Source: Candidatus Kapaibacterium sp. (lineage in GTDB: Bacteria; Bacteroidota; Ignavibacteria; Kapaibacteriales; UBA2268). From it: DNA of 64,000 bases. Below, in pieces: positions 21,716 to 31,062 of this stretch. The DNA lies in contig OY761611.1 in assembly GCA_963664875.1 (NCBI GenBank), positions 512,001 to 576,000 of the forward strand, written 5' to 3'. The notes below the pieces were generated by a model, which was not told the origin of the DNA, ran no database searches, and saw only the letters and a program-made list of their open reading frames with translations. The translations under genes and the position numbers were made by a program. Each line of letters begins with the position of its first letter. Positions within the stretch are counted from its first letter, which is position 1.

Positions 21716-23023
21716 ATGAAATATTTACTCTTTTTCTTTACACTTCTGACTATCCACTATATCCCTTGTTTATCAATGGATTATACGGCATTACTTAACA
21801 ATGATTCTTCCATCGTCAGTGTAAATATTTTAAAGACAAACATATTTAGCTTTACAAACGCAATTTCGCTTGATGATATAAATAAGCATTTCTCTTCGAA
21901 CTCTGATGGACTATTAGATCAAAATGATAAGGCTGAGCTATTTGATAAGTTCACTGATAATTCAAAAGTAGCAGGATTTATAGAAGTTACACCTTTATCT
22001 TTAAGCTATAAAATTTCTGATTTCAGAATTGATTTTTCGATCAAAGATTTGGCATACTTTGACTTCAAGATACCAAAACATGTACCTGAGATATTGCTAT
22101 ATGGCAATAATCAAAATAAGCATTATAACGTCGACAAATTTTCTTTCAAAAGTGCATATTTTAGGAAATACACATTAGGAACATCAACATATTTCAATAA
22201 TCTTCCTACATTCGATATCTTTCCGGAGAACTCCGAATTGGGTATAAACATTTCTTACATACAAGGGTACAGCTACGTAAACGCTAGAGTAAGTTCTTCA
22301 GACTTATTTACTGACCAATACAATAGAATAACCGGATATGTCAATATTGAAGCTCAAACAGCATTTTCGAGAGATTTTGGTGTAAATCACGACTACGCCA
22401 ATACCGAATATGCAAGCAATTTTGGTTTGCTAAATAAACCGGCAGGTACCGGCGTATCATTTGATATCTACTGGAAGTCTTTTTATCTGGATTCTGCTAT
22501 AAATTTCAAAATTGGTTTATATGACATAGGTACAATCACCTGGAATGATAATACAGGTCTTTATTGGTCAAATTCGGATTTTCTTTTGAGTGATATTTTC
22601 AATGAAGCTCAGATTGATAGTTTAGAAAATGCATTTGACTTTCAAAGTAGAGAAAATAATTTTACAGTAGCTGCCCCTGCAAGCTTTAAAGCTTCAATCT
22701 CTGCTGATATAAACAATTATGTAGAGATTCCTTTTTTGATAAATGCTCAACTGAATTATTATCAAGCTCTCAATTCTACTTTTTATAATGATTATACTCC
22801 AAAATTCTCTTTTATTCTTGAAAACAGCTTTGTGCAGTATCTCCCATCTCTTGGAATTGGAATCTGTAACAACTTTTTTAACATCATAGAATTCCCTTTA
22901 TTTATTTCTTTTCGCAATTCCTATTTTGATGGATTATTAGGAGTTAGAGACTTTGTAAGTTTCTTGTCTAATAGCTATGACAACATTTCTATTGTCTCTT
23001 CTTTTACTTTTTATATCAATTAG
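21716..23023 (+). CDS. Putative outer-membrane barrel (DUF5723-like)
   Basis: Signal peptide; PAGTGVSFD and DIGTITW motifs; terminal FTFYIN; coupled to the upstream lipoprotein. Confidence 0.65.
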   Translation: MKYLLFFFTLLTIHYIPCLSMDYTALLNNDSSIVSVNILKTNIFSFTNAISLDDINKHFSSNSDGLLDQNDKAELFDKFTDNSKVAGFIEVTPLSLSYKISDFRIDFSIKDLAYFDFKIPKHVPEILLYGNNQNKHYNVDKFSFKSAYFRKYTLGTSTYFNNLPTFDIFPENSELGINISYIQGYSYVNARVSSSDLFTDQYNRITGYVNIEAQTAFSRDFGVNHDYANTEYASNFGLLNKPAGTGVSFDIYWKSFYLDSAINFKIGLYDIGTITWNDNTGLYWSNSDFLLSDIFNEAQIDSLENAFDFQSRENNFTVAAPASFKASISADINNYVEIPFLINAQLNYYQALNSTFYNDYTPKFSFILENSFVQYLPSLGIGICNNFFNIIEFPLFISFRNSYFDGLLGVRDFVSFLSNSYDNISIVSSFTFYIN

Positions 23024-23048
23024 CTGCAACTTTATTTCAACTGATGTG

Positions 23049-23168
23049 TTTGTTGTATTGATTCTGCTTTGATAGCTATCTAAATTAAAGAATCAAAACA
23101 GCTTGCTACAAATTTATCGATGGGATACCGATTGTTTGTAGCAAGCCATTATTTCAAAGATTGAATGG
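23049..23168 (+). other. Three tandem hairpins in the intergenic region / 5' leader
   Basis: TTGATTCT/AGAATCAA enclosing palindrome GATAGCTATC; 12-bp stem GCTTGCTACAAA/TTTGTAGCAAGC; TTCAA-AGA-TTGAA. Confidence 0.6.
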
Positions 23169-23180
23169 TAGGTTGTGGTT

Positions 23181-25664
23181 ATGAAAACGATTATCTCTTT
23201 TCTTGTTATGTTTCTATTTGCTTTTGGTTTGTCCCACTCTCAGGACATCTCTTCTTATGGGCGACATTTTCTTTTTGCTATACCGCCTAATGACACAGAT
23301 AATAACGAGACTGATTTGAATGTATTGAAGTTATATATAACAGCTATAGAACAAAGTGAAGTCCTTGTTACTTACAATGGTATAACAAATACATATAACA
23401 TCGATGCAAATTCCACAAAAGAAATTGATTTGATGAATCAGATGCAACATAATAATTTCAAATTTGCACAAGAAGTATATGAGACCGGTACTGTTAAAAA
23501 TAAGTCCTTTGAAGTAACATCAAACAGAGATATCTCAATTTCAGTACTTAATTCTAAAGATAAAACTGCAGATTCATTTGTTGTATTCCCAACAAATGCG
23601 TGGGGTAATAATTATATTCACTTGGCTTATTGGGATTTGCAACATGATGTCGGACTTTTTGAAACGAAATATTCCGGTTCAGGAATGTTAATTATTGCCA
23701 ATGAAGACAATACTTTACTCACTGTTAAATATAAAGGTAAAGCAGGCACTACGACCTTAAATGGTAAAAATGTGGGAGAAATTGAAAACATAACACTCAA
23801 TCACGGCGAAATCTATTCAATTAGATCTACCGGCAATGGAGAGCTGAAATATGATTTATCCGGAACTCAAGTATTATCTAATAAACCAGTCGGAGCTATT
23901 TCGTTTCACCAACGCACATCAATCCCGGGACAGCAATGGGTAAATGGCAAGGACCATTTAGTCGAAATGATCACTCCGGTAACTGCTTGGGGGAAAAAAT
24001 ATGTATGCCTACAGTTGAATCGAGAAGATAAAGAAAGCTGGTTTCAAAAAAAATGGGGTGATTATTTTAGAGGAATAGCTTCAGTAGATGGTACGATCGT
24101 CTCTTGCAAATCTTACGATTTAGAAACTGGAGAACTTTTAGACAATCTTAAATTTGAAATCGATGCAAATCAGTTTTTTGAATACAACGGTAGCAAACTA
24201 AGTACAACAAGTAATAAGTCAATAAGAGGCATTTCAGTTTGGGAATCAAATAAACCTTTTATGCTAATGCAATATTGTTATTCTGCAGATTGGGATGGTA
24301 AGTCTAATTACGATCCTTTTATGACTCTGGCAGTTCCGACCGAACAGTATGTAGAATACACTGTATTCAATGTACCGGGTGAATCAAGCGGAATATTATA
24401 CAGTTATGCTAACTTATTAGTAAATGCCTCCGACACAGAGAAAGAAATTCTTAAAACTATGAAATTAGATGGTATATCTTTAGCAGATCAATTTCCGCAA
24501 CTACTTCTGAATAAAGTACCAAATGAAGATTTGTTCTGGCTTAGACTACCTATTTCACAAGGTAATCACATAATCGAATCCGATACAAAGTTCGGAGCGT
24601 ATTTATACGGATTCGGAGAGCATATATCTTACGGCCACACAACTTCGCAGGGCTTTAAAGTCATAAATAACGACGGTGTTCCAAAAATTGAATTGACCGA
24701 AGTAGGTTGCGGAGAGTACCGCATTTCTGTTTCTGACTCATCAGGAATTCAAAATCTTGAGTTTGCAGATGTATCTAATATTACAATCGATACTACTGAT
24801 TTTTATAAAGCTGTTAATACCTTCCATTACAGCTTTAATATTTATGTCCAAGATATTAACTTAGATTGTAAAGCAACAATTTTTGCAACTGATGTGCTTG
24901 GATTTACCGGAAAACTTGTCTTTACTTTCCCTGAAGAAGAAACGAAGTATTATCAAATTCAGTTAAATCCGACAAAACCTATTTTTGAAACTACCGATAA
25001 AATAAAGGCAGACATTAAAATAACAACTGAGTATTGGGATATTTATCCGCTGGATAATTTTGAATTGGAAGTAGAATTTGATCCCGCAAAATATCGTTTT
25101 GAGTCTTTTGAAAGTTCTTTGGGCGATGATTATATCATTTCGGAAAGATTAGATACTTCTGATGCTATCAATAAATGTATCATCAAATTTGAAGCTTTAA
25201 CAGACACAACAATCATCAATTCCGATTCTGTAATTGGAGCTATTGTATTTAATTACAGATGGAACAATGATATAAGTCCGTCCTTTACTGCGGATATGTA
25301 TGCATCTCCTTATTCAACTCGTTGTATAAAATCGAAAAAAGATACGGTCACAACTCCTGTTAGAATGTGTGCACCAGAAATTTTTGCCATTGAAATGGGT
25401 GAAAATTATAACTTAAGTAAAATAGCTCCTAATCCTATCTCTAACCAAATAGAATTTTCTATCACTGTACCTTTCGACACACAAGGTCAGATTAGTATTA
25501 TAGATTTGAATGGCAAAATAGTCAAAGATATTCTTTCAGGTACAGTAAGCAATGGTACGTCAGATTTCAAAGTTGATACTAAAGAAATACCTGCAGGTGT
25601 TTACATCTTAAAAGTGCAGGCTGGGCTTATGAATACGCAACAAAAGATAATAAAAGTTGACTAA
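23181..25664 (+). CDS. IgGFc-binding-domain-like secreted protein with T9SS C-terminal sorting domain
   Basis: Signal peptide; GRHFLFAIPPN, P.NAWG..Y, DHLVEM..P..AWGK.Y, DPFM...P.EQY; CTD IAPNP...IIDLNGKIV...PAGVYIL...KIIK. Confidence 0.82.
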   Translation: MKTIISFLVMFLFAFGLSHSQDISSYGRHFLFAIPPNDTDNNETDLNVLKLYITAIEQSEVLVTYNGITNTYNIDANSTKEIDLMNQMQHNNFKFAQEVYETGTVKNKSFEVTSNRDISISVLNSKDKTADSFVVFPTNAWGNNYIHLAYWDLQHDVGLFETKYSGSGMLIIANEDNTLLTVKYKGKAGTTTLNGKNVGEIENITLNHGEIYSIRSTGNGELKYDLSGTQVLSNKPVGAISFHQRTSIPGQQWVNGKDHLVEMITPVTAWGKKYVCLQLNREDKESWFQKKWGDYFRGIASVDGTIVSCKSYDLETGELLDNLKFEIDANQFFEYNGSKLSTTSNKSIRGISVWESNKPFMLMQYCYSADWDGKSNYDPFMTLAVPTEQYVEYTVFNVPGESSGILYSYANLLVNASDTEKEILKTMKLDGISLADQFPQLLLNKVPNEDLFWLRLPISQGNHIIESDTKFGAYLYGFGEHISYGHTTSQGFKVINNDGVPKIELTEVGCGEYRISVSDSSGIQNLEFADVSNITIDTTDFYKAVNTFHYSFNIYVQDINLDCKATIFATDVLGFTGKLVFTFPEEETKYYQIQLNPTKPIFETTDKIKADIKITTEYWDIYPLDNFELEVEFDPAKYRFESFESSLGDDYIISERLDTSDAINKCIIKFEALTDTTIINSDSVIGAIVFNYRWNNDISPSFTADMYASPYSTRCIKSKKDTVTTPVRMCAPEIFAIEMGENYNLSKIAPNPISNQIEFSITVPFDTQGQISIIDLNGKIVKDILSGTVSNGTSDFKVDTKEIPAGVYILKVQAGLMNTQQKIIKVD

Positions 25665-25665
25665 C

Positions 25666-26655
25666 TTAACGCACATTCAATTGGCTTTGGCGGATTAGAT
25701 ACAAATCCGCCAGAGCTATAGCTGTAGCAGCTTCTACTATTACCGGCATCCTTAATGCAATACAGGCATCATGTCTTCCATTGATTTCAATTTTTTGTTT
25801 TTTACCTGTTTCTAAATTGATTGTAGTCTGCACTTGAGAAATGCTACTGGTTGGTTTTATTGCAACTCTGAAAACAATATCATTACCATTACTGATACCA
25901 CCGTTAATCCCACCGGAATGATTTGTTTTAGTTTTACCGGTAGCATCTAAAATTTCATCATTATGCTCTGAACCATACATATTTGCTGCTCCAAAACCGG
26001 AGCCAAATTCTATTCCTTTTATGCCCGGAATTGCAAAAATGATGTGTGATAGATAAGACTCAATGCTGTCAAAAAATGGCTCCCCAATTCCTATATCCAT
26101 ATTTGAGACAATACATTCTACAACTCCACCTACTGAATCTTTTTTCTCTATAGCAATATCTATTTCCTTATTTATATCATGATTAGAATGTACTGATGTA
26201 AGATTTGCTTCGATTTTGGTTTTTTCAAGAATAATTTTTGCTATTACGCCTGCTGCAACTATTCCTGTTGTTAGCCTGCCTGAAAAGTGACCTCCGCCAT
26301 TTGGATTATTAAAGCCGAAGTATTTTTTGTGAGCTACAAAATCGGAATGTCCGGGTCGAGCCAGGCTACTGATTTGACTATAATCTTCTGATTTTGTATC
26401 AGTATTATTAAAAACCAACATTAAAGGAGAAGCGGTGGTTTTACCCATATATACACCTGAGACAATTTTCGGCAATAATATATCTCTTCTGCTTGTTGTC
26501 CCTTTTATCTTGGGCATTCTCCTTGATAAATCAAGTTCAAAATCAGATTCCGAAATTGAAATACCTGCAGGAACTCCATCAATAGTAACCCCTACTGCAA
26601 ATCCGTGTGATTCACCAAATATTTGTACTTTAAATAGTCTTCCAAATGAATTCAT
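25666..26655 (-). CDS. aroC: Chorismate synthase
   Basis: FGESHG, RPGHSD, GGGHFSGR, NHSGGINGGISNG, KPTSSI, GRHDAC. Confidence 0.96.
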   Translation of the reverse strand: MNSFGRLFKVQIFGESHGFAVGVTIDGVPAGISISESDFELDLSRRMPKIKGTTSRRDILLPKIVSGVYMGKTTASPLMLVFNNTDTKSEDYSQISSLARPGHSDFVAHKKYFGFNNPNGGGHFSGRLTTGIVAAGVIAKIILEKTKIEANLTSVHSNHDINKEIDIAIEKKDSVGGVVECIVSNMDIGIGEPFFDSIESYLSHIIFAIPGIKGIEFGSGFGAANMYGSEHNDEILDATGKTKTNHSGGINGGISNGNDIVFRVAIKPTSSISQVQTTINLETGKKQKIEINGRHDACIALRMPVIVEAATAIALADLYLIRQSQLNVR

Positions 26656-26657
26656 AT

Positions 26658-27917
26658 TTATTTGTCTTCTACTAATGTTTCTAAAATGTTATAAAACTCA
26701 GGGTAGGACTTAGTTATACAACTTGGATTTTTGAGAGTAATCGTACCTTCAGTTCTTAATGCAGCAACTGATAAAGCCATGGCTATTCTGTGATCATTAT
26801 ATGAGTCCACTTCAGCACCATACAATTTACTACCATGAATATACATGTTATCATTTTCAAAATAAATCTCCGCATTCAGCTTTCGAAATTGACTAACTAA
26901 AGCATCTCTCCTATTAGATTCTTTTTCTAATAGCCTGTGTACTCCTTTTATTATTGAGATACCTTCGCATTGAGTCGCTAAAGCAACCAAAGGAGGGAAT
27001 AAATCCGGAGTATTTGTTGCATCATAATTGAATGACGATAATTTAGAACGTGACACTATGATACTATTATCAGTATAATGTATATCTGCACCCACACTCA
27101 TTAATACTTGGAAAATTTCTAAATCTCCCTGTTTACTGTTAAGATTAAGGTTTTGAAGTTCTATTGAGCCTGAAATAGCAGCAGCTACAGCAAAAAAAGC
27201 AGCCGCACTATAGTCTCCTTCTATATTTAACTCAACAGCTTTATATTTTTGATTACCCGGGATTTGATAGTGTTTGTAATCGGTAGTAGTGATGTTGATA
27301 CCAAATGTTCTTAGAATATCAACTGTTAAAGCTAAATATGGTAATGAAACCGGATTAGATATCTGCAAAATACTATCTGCATCTAACAAGGGCAATGCAT
27401 AAAGCAACCCCGACACTAATTGTGAACTATCCGGAGATTCAATAAAATATTTGCCTGGTTTCAATGATGACATAATACTGTAATTATAATCAGTAGTGCT
27501 ATAATCAAGATATTGACTAAAAAGCTCTATTTCTCTACCAATACTTCTTTTAAAGAGTGACGAAGCTCCTCCGACTTTTATATCTGAACCGTTGCTTGCT
27601 GCAATTGGCAAAATGGATCTTAAACAAAAACCTGACTCTAAGCAATCTAATTTCAAATTATGATACTTTCGGTCTATATAATTTTGAATACCCAATATTG
27701 TTGTTTGATTTTCTCTTTGCTCAATTTTTGCTCCTAACTTTTGAGCAATATTCAAAGCAGCTTTAACATCGTCACAATTAGAAAGATTATTTAAGATAGA
27801 AGTCTCTTCGGAGAGCATGGCAGACCAAACTGCTCGTTGGCTTATACTCTTTGAGCCAATTACATTTACTTTACCTTGCACAGCTCCGGATTTGGGATAA
27901 TATATTTTAGATTCCAT
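26658..27917 (-). CDS. aroA: 3-phosphoshikimate 1-carboxyvinyltransferase
   Basis: SKSISQR, ESG..LR, SSQLVSGLL, EGDYS.A, PDL.P, KESNR, DHRIAM, KSYP.F. Confidence 0.95.
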   Translation of the reverse strand: MESKIYYPKSGAVQGKVNVIGSKSISQRAVWSAMLSEETSILNNLSNCDDVKAALNIAQKLGAKIEQRENQTTILGIQNYIDRKYHNLKLDCLESGFCLRSILPIAASNGSDIKVGGASSLFKRSIGREIELFSQYLDYSTTDYNYSIMSSLKPGKYFIESPDSSQLVSGLLYALPLLDADSILQISNPVSLPYLALTVDILRTFGINITTTDYKHYQIPGNQKYKAVELNIEGDYSAAAFFAVAAAISGSIELQNLNLNSKQGDLEIFQVLMSVGADIHYTDNSIIVSRSKLSSFNYDATNTPDLFPPLVALATQCEGISIIKGVHRLLEKESNRRDALVSQFRKLNAEIYFENDNMYIHGSKLYGAEVDSYNDHRIAMALSVAALRTEGTITLKNPSCITKSYPEFYNILETLVEDK

Positions 27918-29160
27918 AGTAAAGTTTCAATTCTTTTGTAAGCAAATCTATAGCTTCAAGTTCAGTTGAATTATTATCCAAAATTGAACTGCAACAACTG
28001 AAATACTTATCTTTTCGTGTTTCAAAAAGCTGTTGTGGATTTGATTTCAACATAGGACGATTATCTTTATCAATTTTAGAAATGTAAGTATTGAGATTTC
28101 TATATATCCAAATGACATGCTCATAGCTCGAAAGAATAGAGTGATTTTCATCTTTTTCAACAATTCCACCACCACAAGATATAATACAATTAGTCTTTGT
28201 AGTTAAAGACACCAAAAATTCTGTTTCGAGTTTTCTAAAATACTCTTCTCCAAATTTTTCAAATATTTCAGAAATAGACATACCAACTTTGTCTTCAATA
28301 AGATTATCAATATCATAGAATTCGAAATTCATTATATTGGCTATTTCTTTTCCAATTGTAGTTTTCCCTGCCCCCATGAATCCGATTAAGACAATCTGCT
28401 TTTTATCTTGTTGCAAAATGCTCTTTACACTCTTATAGATTCTTTCTTTGATATGCTTTTCAACTGTAAAACTGAACCAACATTCGAACGCATAAATAGC
28501 TTGTGAAACAAGCCACTCTAAACCATTTCTATATTCACACTTTACAATCTTCGCATAAGTTTGTAAAGTACTCGTAACATATTGAGAATCTATTATTATA
28601 TCATCAACTCTAATATCCAATTTGTCAAATAATACATCATTATGACTTGGTATGGTTGAGATAAATATGCACTGAGCCTCTGGATGGATAAAATCAGAGT
28701 ATTCTTGATACGAGATGTTATTTAATCTAAAAACAGAATCTATGCTATTAGGAAATCTACTTAATACAGTAACAGATTTATTTAAGGATTTGCTAGCGAC
28801 AGCAGCAGAGAAAGCGCTATTACCTCCTCCTAATATCACAAGATTGTCAATATTTATTTTACTGATAATATTTGAAAGTGCATATATATCTGTGTTGATG
28901 ACTTCGCCTGTCGTAAAATCCAAAGTATTTACAACCGGAAGCTCTGATTTGAAATGTTTTGGTATCTCTGATTTATAAGGTGATGTTATATTGATACCAT
29001 CTATACACAAATCTTTTGCTATTGAGATGATATTATCAATATTTTCGGATATTATCCTTACATATTTTGCATCAATATCATGTTGCTTATAAAGCGTATT
29101 ATGGATATCCGGACTTTTGCTATGAAGTATAGGACTACCAATAACTCCAAATTTTCGCAT
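27907..29160 (-). CDS. Fused shikimate dehydrogenase (AroE) - shikimate kinase (AroK)
   Basis: N-half G.PI.HSKSP.IH, NITSPYK, VNT, NTD, GLEWLV.QA; C-half LIGFMGAGKTTIG, GEEYFR..E, SCGGG, RP. Confidence 0.9.
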   Translation of the reverse strand: MRKFGVIGSPILHSKSPDIHNTLYKQHDIDAKYVRIISENIDNIISIAKDLCIDGINITSPYKSEIPKHFKSELPVVNTLDFTTGEVINTDIYALSNIISKINIDNLVILGGGNSAFSAAVASKSLNKSVTVLSRFPNSIDSVFRLNNISYQEYSDFIHPEAQCIFISTIPSHNDVLFDKLDIRVDDIIIDSQYVTSTLQTYAKIVKCEYRNGLEWLVSQAIYAFECWFSFTVEKHIKERIYKSVKSILQQDKKQIVLIGFMGAGKTTIGKEIANIMNFEFYDIDNLIEDKVGMSISEIFEKFGEEYFRKLETEFLVSLTTKTNCIISCGGGIVEKDENHSILSSYEHVIWIYRNLNTYISKIDKDNRPMLKSNPQQLFETRKDKYFSCCSSILDNNSTELEAIDLLTKELKLYYGI

Positions 29161-29236
29161 ACTTCACCTTATTATTAGTTGCAACAAATATAACAAAACT
29201 TGGCAAATAATAATACATTAGAACAGCATGAAGAGG

Positions 29237-29458
29237 CTAATTAAGACCAAACAGACGTTTGGATCGGATAAACATTCCTACAACTACAAGATAAGGAATC
29301 ATGATGCAAAGCGTAATAATTTTTGCTTTATCTATTGGAAATAAATGGGACAAGAAAGTATTTACGACAATTGCAAATACCCAACCGAATGCTGACATTG
29401 CAATAAGTTTAAAATATTCAAAAGTCTTATTTCTTTTGGAGTAAGTATAAATTTCCAT
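29237..29458 (-). CDS. Small two-TM membrane protein
   Basis: 73 aa, ATG start, two hydrophobic segments, basic termini. Confidence 0.65.
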   Translation of the reverse strand: MEIYTYSKRNKTFEYFKLIAMSAFGWVFAIVVNTFLSHLFPIDKAKIITLCIMIPYLVVVGMFIRSKRLFGLN

Positions 29459-29541
29459 AATTTCCCCATACCTATAAACACTTATAGCAAATTACAACTA
29501 TCAATTATATTTTGCAAATATATTTTTAGATAGTGAACTAT

Positions 29542-31062
29542 TTATTTTTTAATTGCTGTGTTTAGTAGTTGTGGAAATATATCTAAAAGTGATGGCAAAT
29601 TTTCGATATCAAAAGTTATTGCAAGTTTATTCAGTTCATCTCCATACTCAAGAAAAACATTAGAATTTATTTCTTCTCCGAAATTGCGAATTTCAGCTGC
29701 AAATTTTCTAATATCATTTATTACATTAGTCTTTCTGATATAATAATAGAAATCACTAAGCTTTTCGTTTTGTAGTCTGACTATGGATTTGTCTATTACA
29801 TCCAACTCCAAAACAATATCTTCAAGGTAATTCCATTTTTTCTTTGTGGTATGATCTGCGGTGTCGAATAAAGTAAAGTCTTTATTGAAGTCAATATCAT
29901 CATAAAATTTGAGGTAATTTAGACTTGAAAATTCCTGAATTGGAAAATCAATTATAAATTCGGTCCCTTTTTCCAACTTTGTGTTTACGTCGATTTTACC
30001 GCCGTAAAGCTCGGTCAGTTTCTTTACTATATAAAGCCCCATCCCTGTAGAACCTTCACCGCCAGTAGGTTTAGCCGAAAGCTTTTGCATCTTTTTAAAT
30101 AATTTAATTTTATCATTCTCATTTATACCAAGCCCTTCATCTCTAACAGAAAATCTAATATAGTGATATTCATCAATTATTATTCTCGACAATGCAATCC
30201 ATACAGTCGAATTAGGATTAGAATATTTAATAGCATTAGAAATGATATTCTGAAAAATGTCGCGTGCAGTATCTTCATCCATCAATATCTTAAAATCAGG
30301 ATATTTTAAATATTTGATTTTTATGCTTTTACTATCAGCCCAGACTAAGTTATTGATTATAATTGTATCAATGATTTTTTGAGGCGAATACATTCCAAGC
30401 TTGATTTCTCTGAAACCAGCTTCTAAAATATCATGATTTAATAGCTCATTGATAGAGTCAAGCATGAAAGTAGCACTGTTTTTTATAACATTCAGCTTTT
30501 CTAATGCGGTTTCTGTTTCCATTTTCGCATTAGAGAAAGAACTAATCAACAAATCTGTATATGTGATAATAGAATGTAGAGGATTTTTCATATCATGGGC
30601 TGCAATTCCCATAAATTCTGCTCTGTCATTCAACAAATTACGCAACCTATTATTATAGTCATTGACTTGTTGCATAGTTTTTTTGAGCATTATTTGAGTA
30701 TCTACCCTGACTAATAGTTCTTGTATTCTAACCGGTTTAGTAAGATAATCTACTGCTCCGACATCAAATGCATTCAAGACAGAATCTTCATCAGTCTTTG
30801 CAGTTAAAAATATAATAGGAATATCTTTGTAAGTATCATTAGATTTAATTTGTTGGCAAGTCTCAACTCCATCCATTCCCGGCATCATAATATCAAGGAG
30901 AATCAAATCGGGCTGCACCTCCTGCAACAACTCCAAGGCAGAAAAACCGCTCTCAGCAAGTGCTACTTCATAACCATGTTGGAATAAGTGTGTAGCTAAA
31001 AGCTGCAAATTTTCTTCAATATCATCAACAATCATTATGAGAGGTTTATGTATCTTGTTCAT
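29542..31062 (-). CDS. Hybrid REC-histidine kinase with extra C-terminal helical domain
   Basis: IVDD, LLDIMMP, FLTAK, TKP; H-box AAHDMKNP; NIISNAIKY; DEGLG; STGMGL; about 120-aa tail. Confidence 0.92.
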   Translation of the reverse strand: MNKIHKPLIMIVDDIEENLQLLATHLFQHGYEVALAESGFSALELLQEVQPDLILLDIMMPGMDGVETCQQIKSNDTYKDIPIIFLTAKTDEDSVLNAFDVGAVDYLTKPVRIQELLVRVDTQIMLKKTMQQVNDYNNRLRNLLNDRAEFMGIAAHDMKNPLHSIITYTDLLISSFSNAKMETETALEKLNVIKNSATFMLDSINELLNHDILEAGFREIKLGMYSPQKIIDTIIINNLVWADSKSIKIKYLKYPDFKILMDEDTARDIFQNIISNAIKYSNPNSTVWIALSRIIIDEYHYIRFSVRDEGLGINENDKIKLFKKMQKLSAKPTGGEGSTGMGLYIVKKLTELYGGKIDVNTKLEKGTEFIIDFPIQEFSSLNYLKFYDDIDFNKDFTLFDTADHTTKKKWNYLEDIVLELDVIDKSIVRLQNEKLSDFYYYIRKTNVINDIRKFAAEIRNFGEEINSNVFLEYGDELNKLAITFDIENLPSLLDIFPQLLNTAIKK

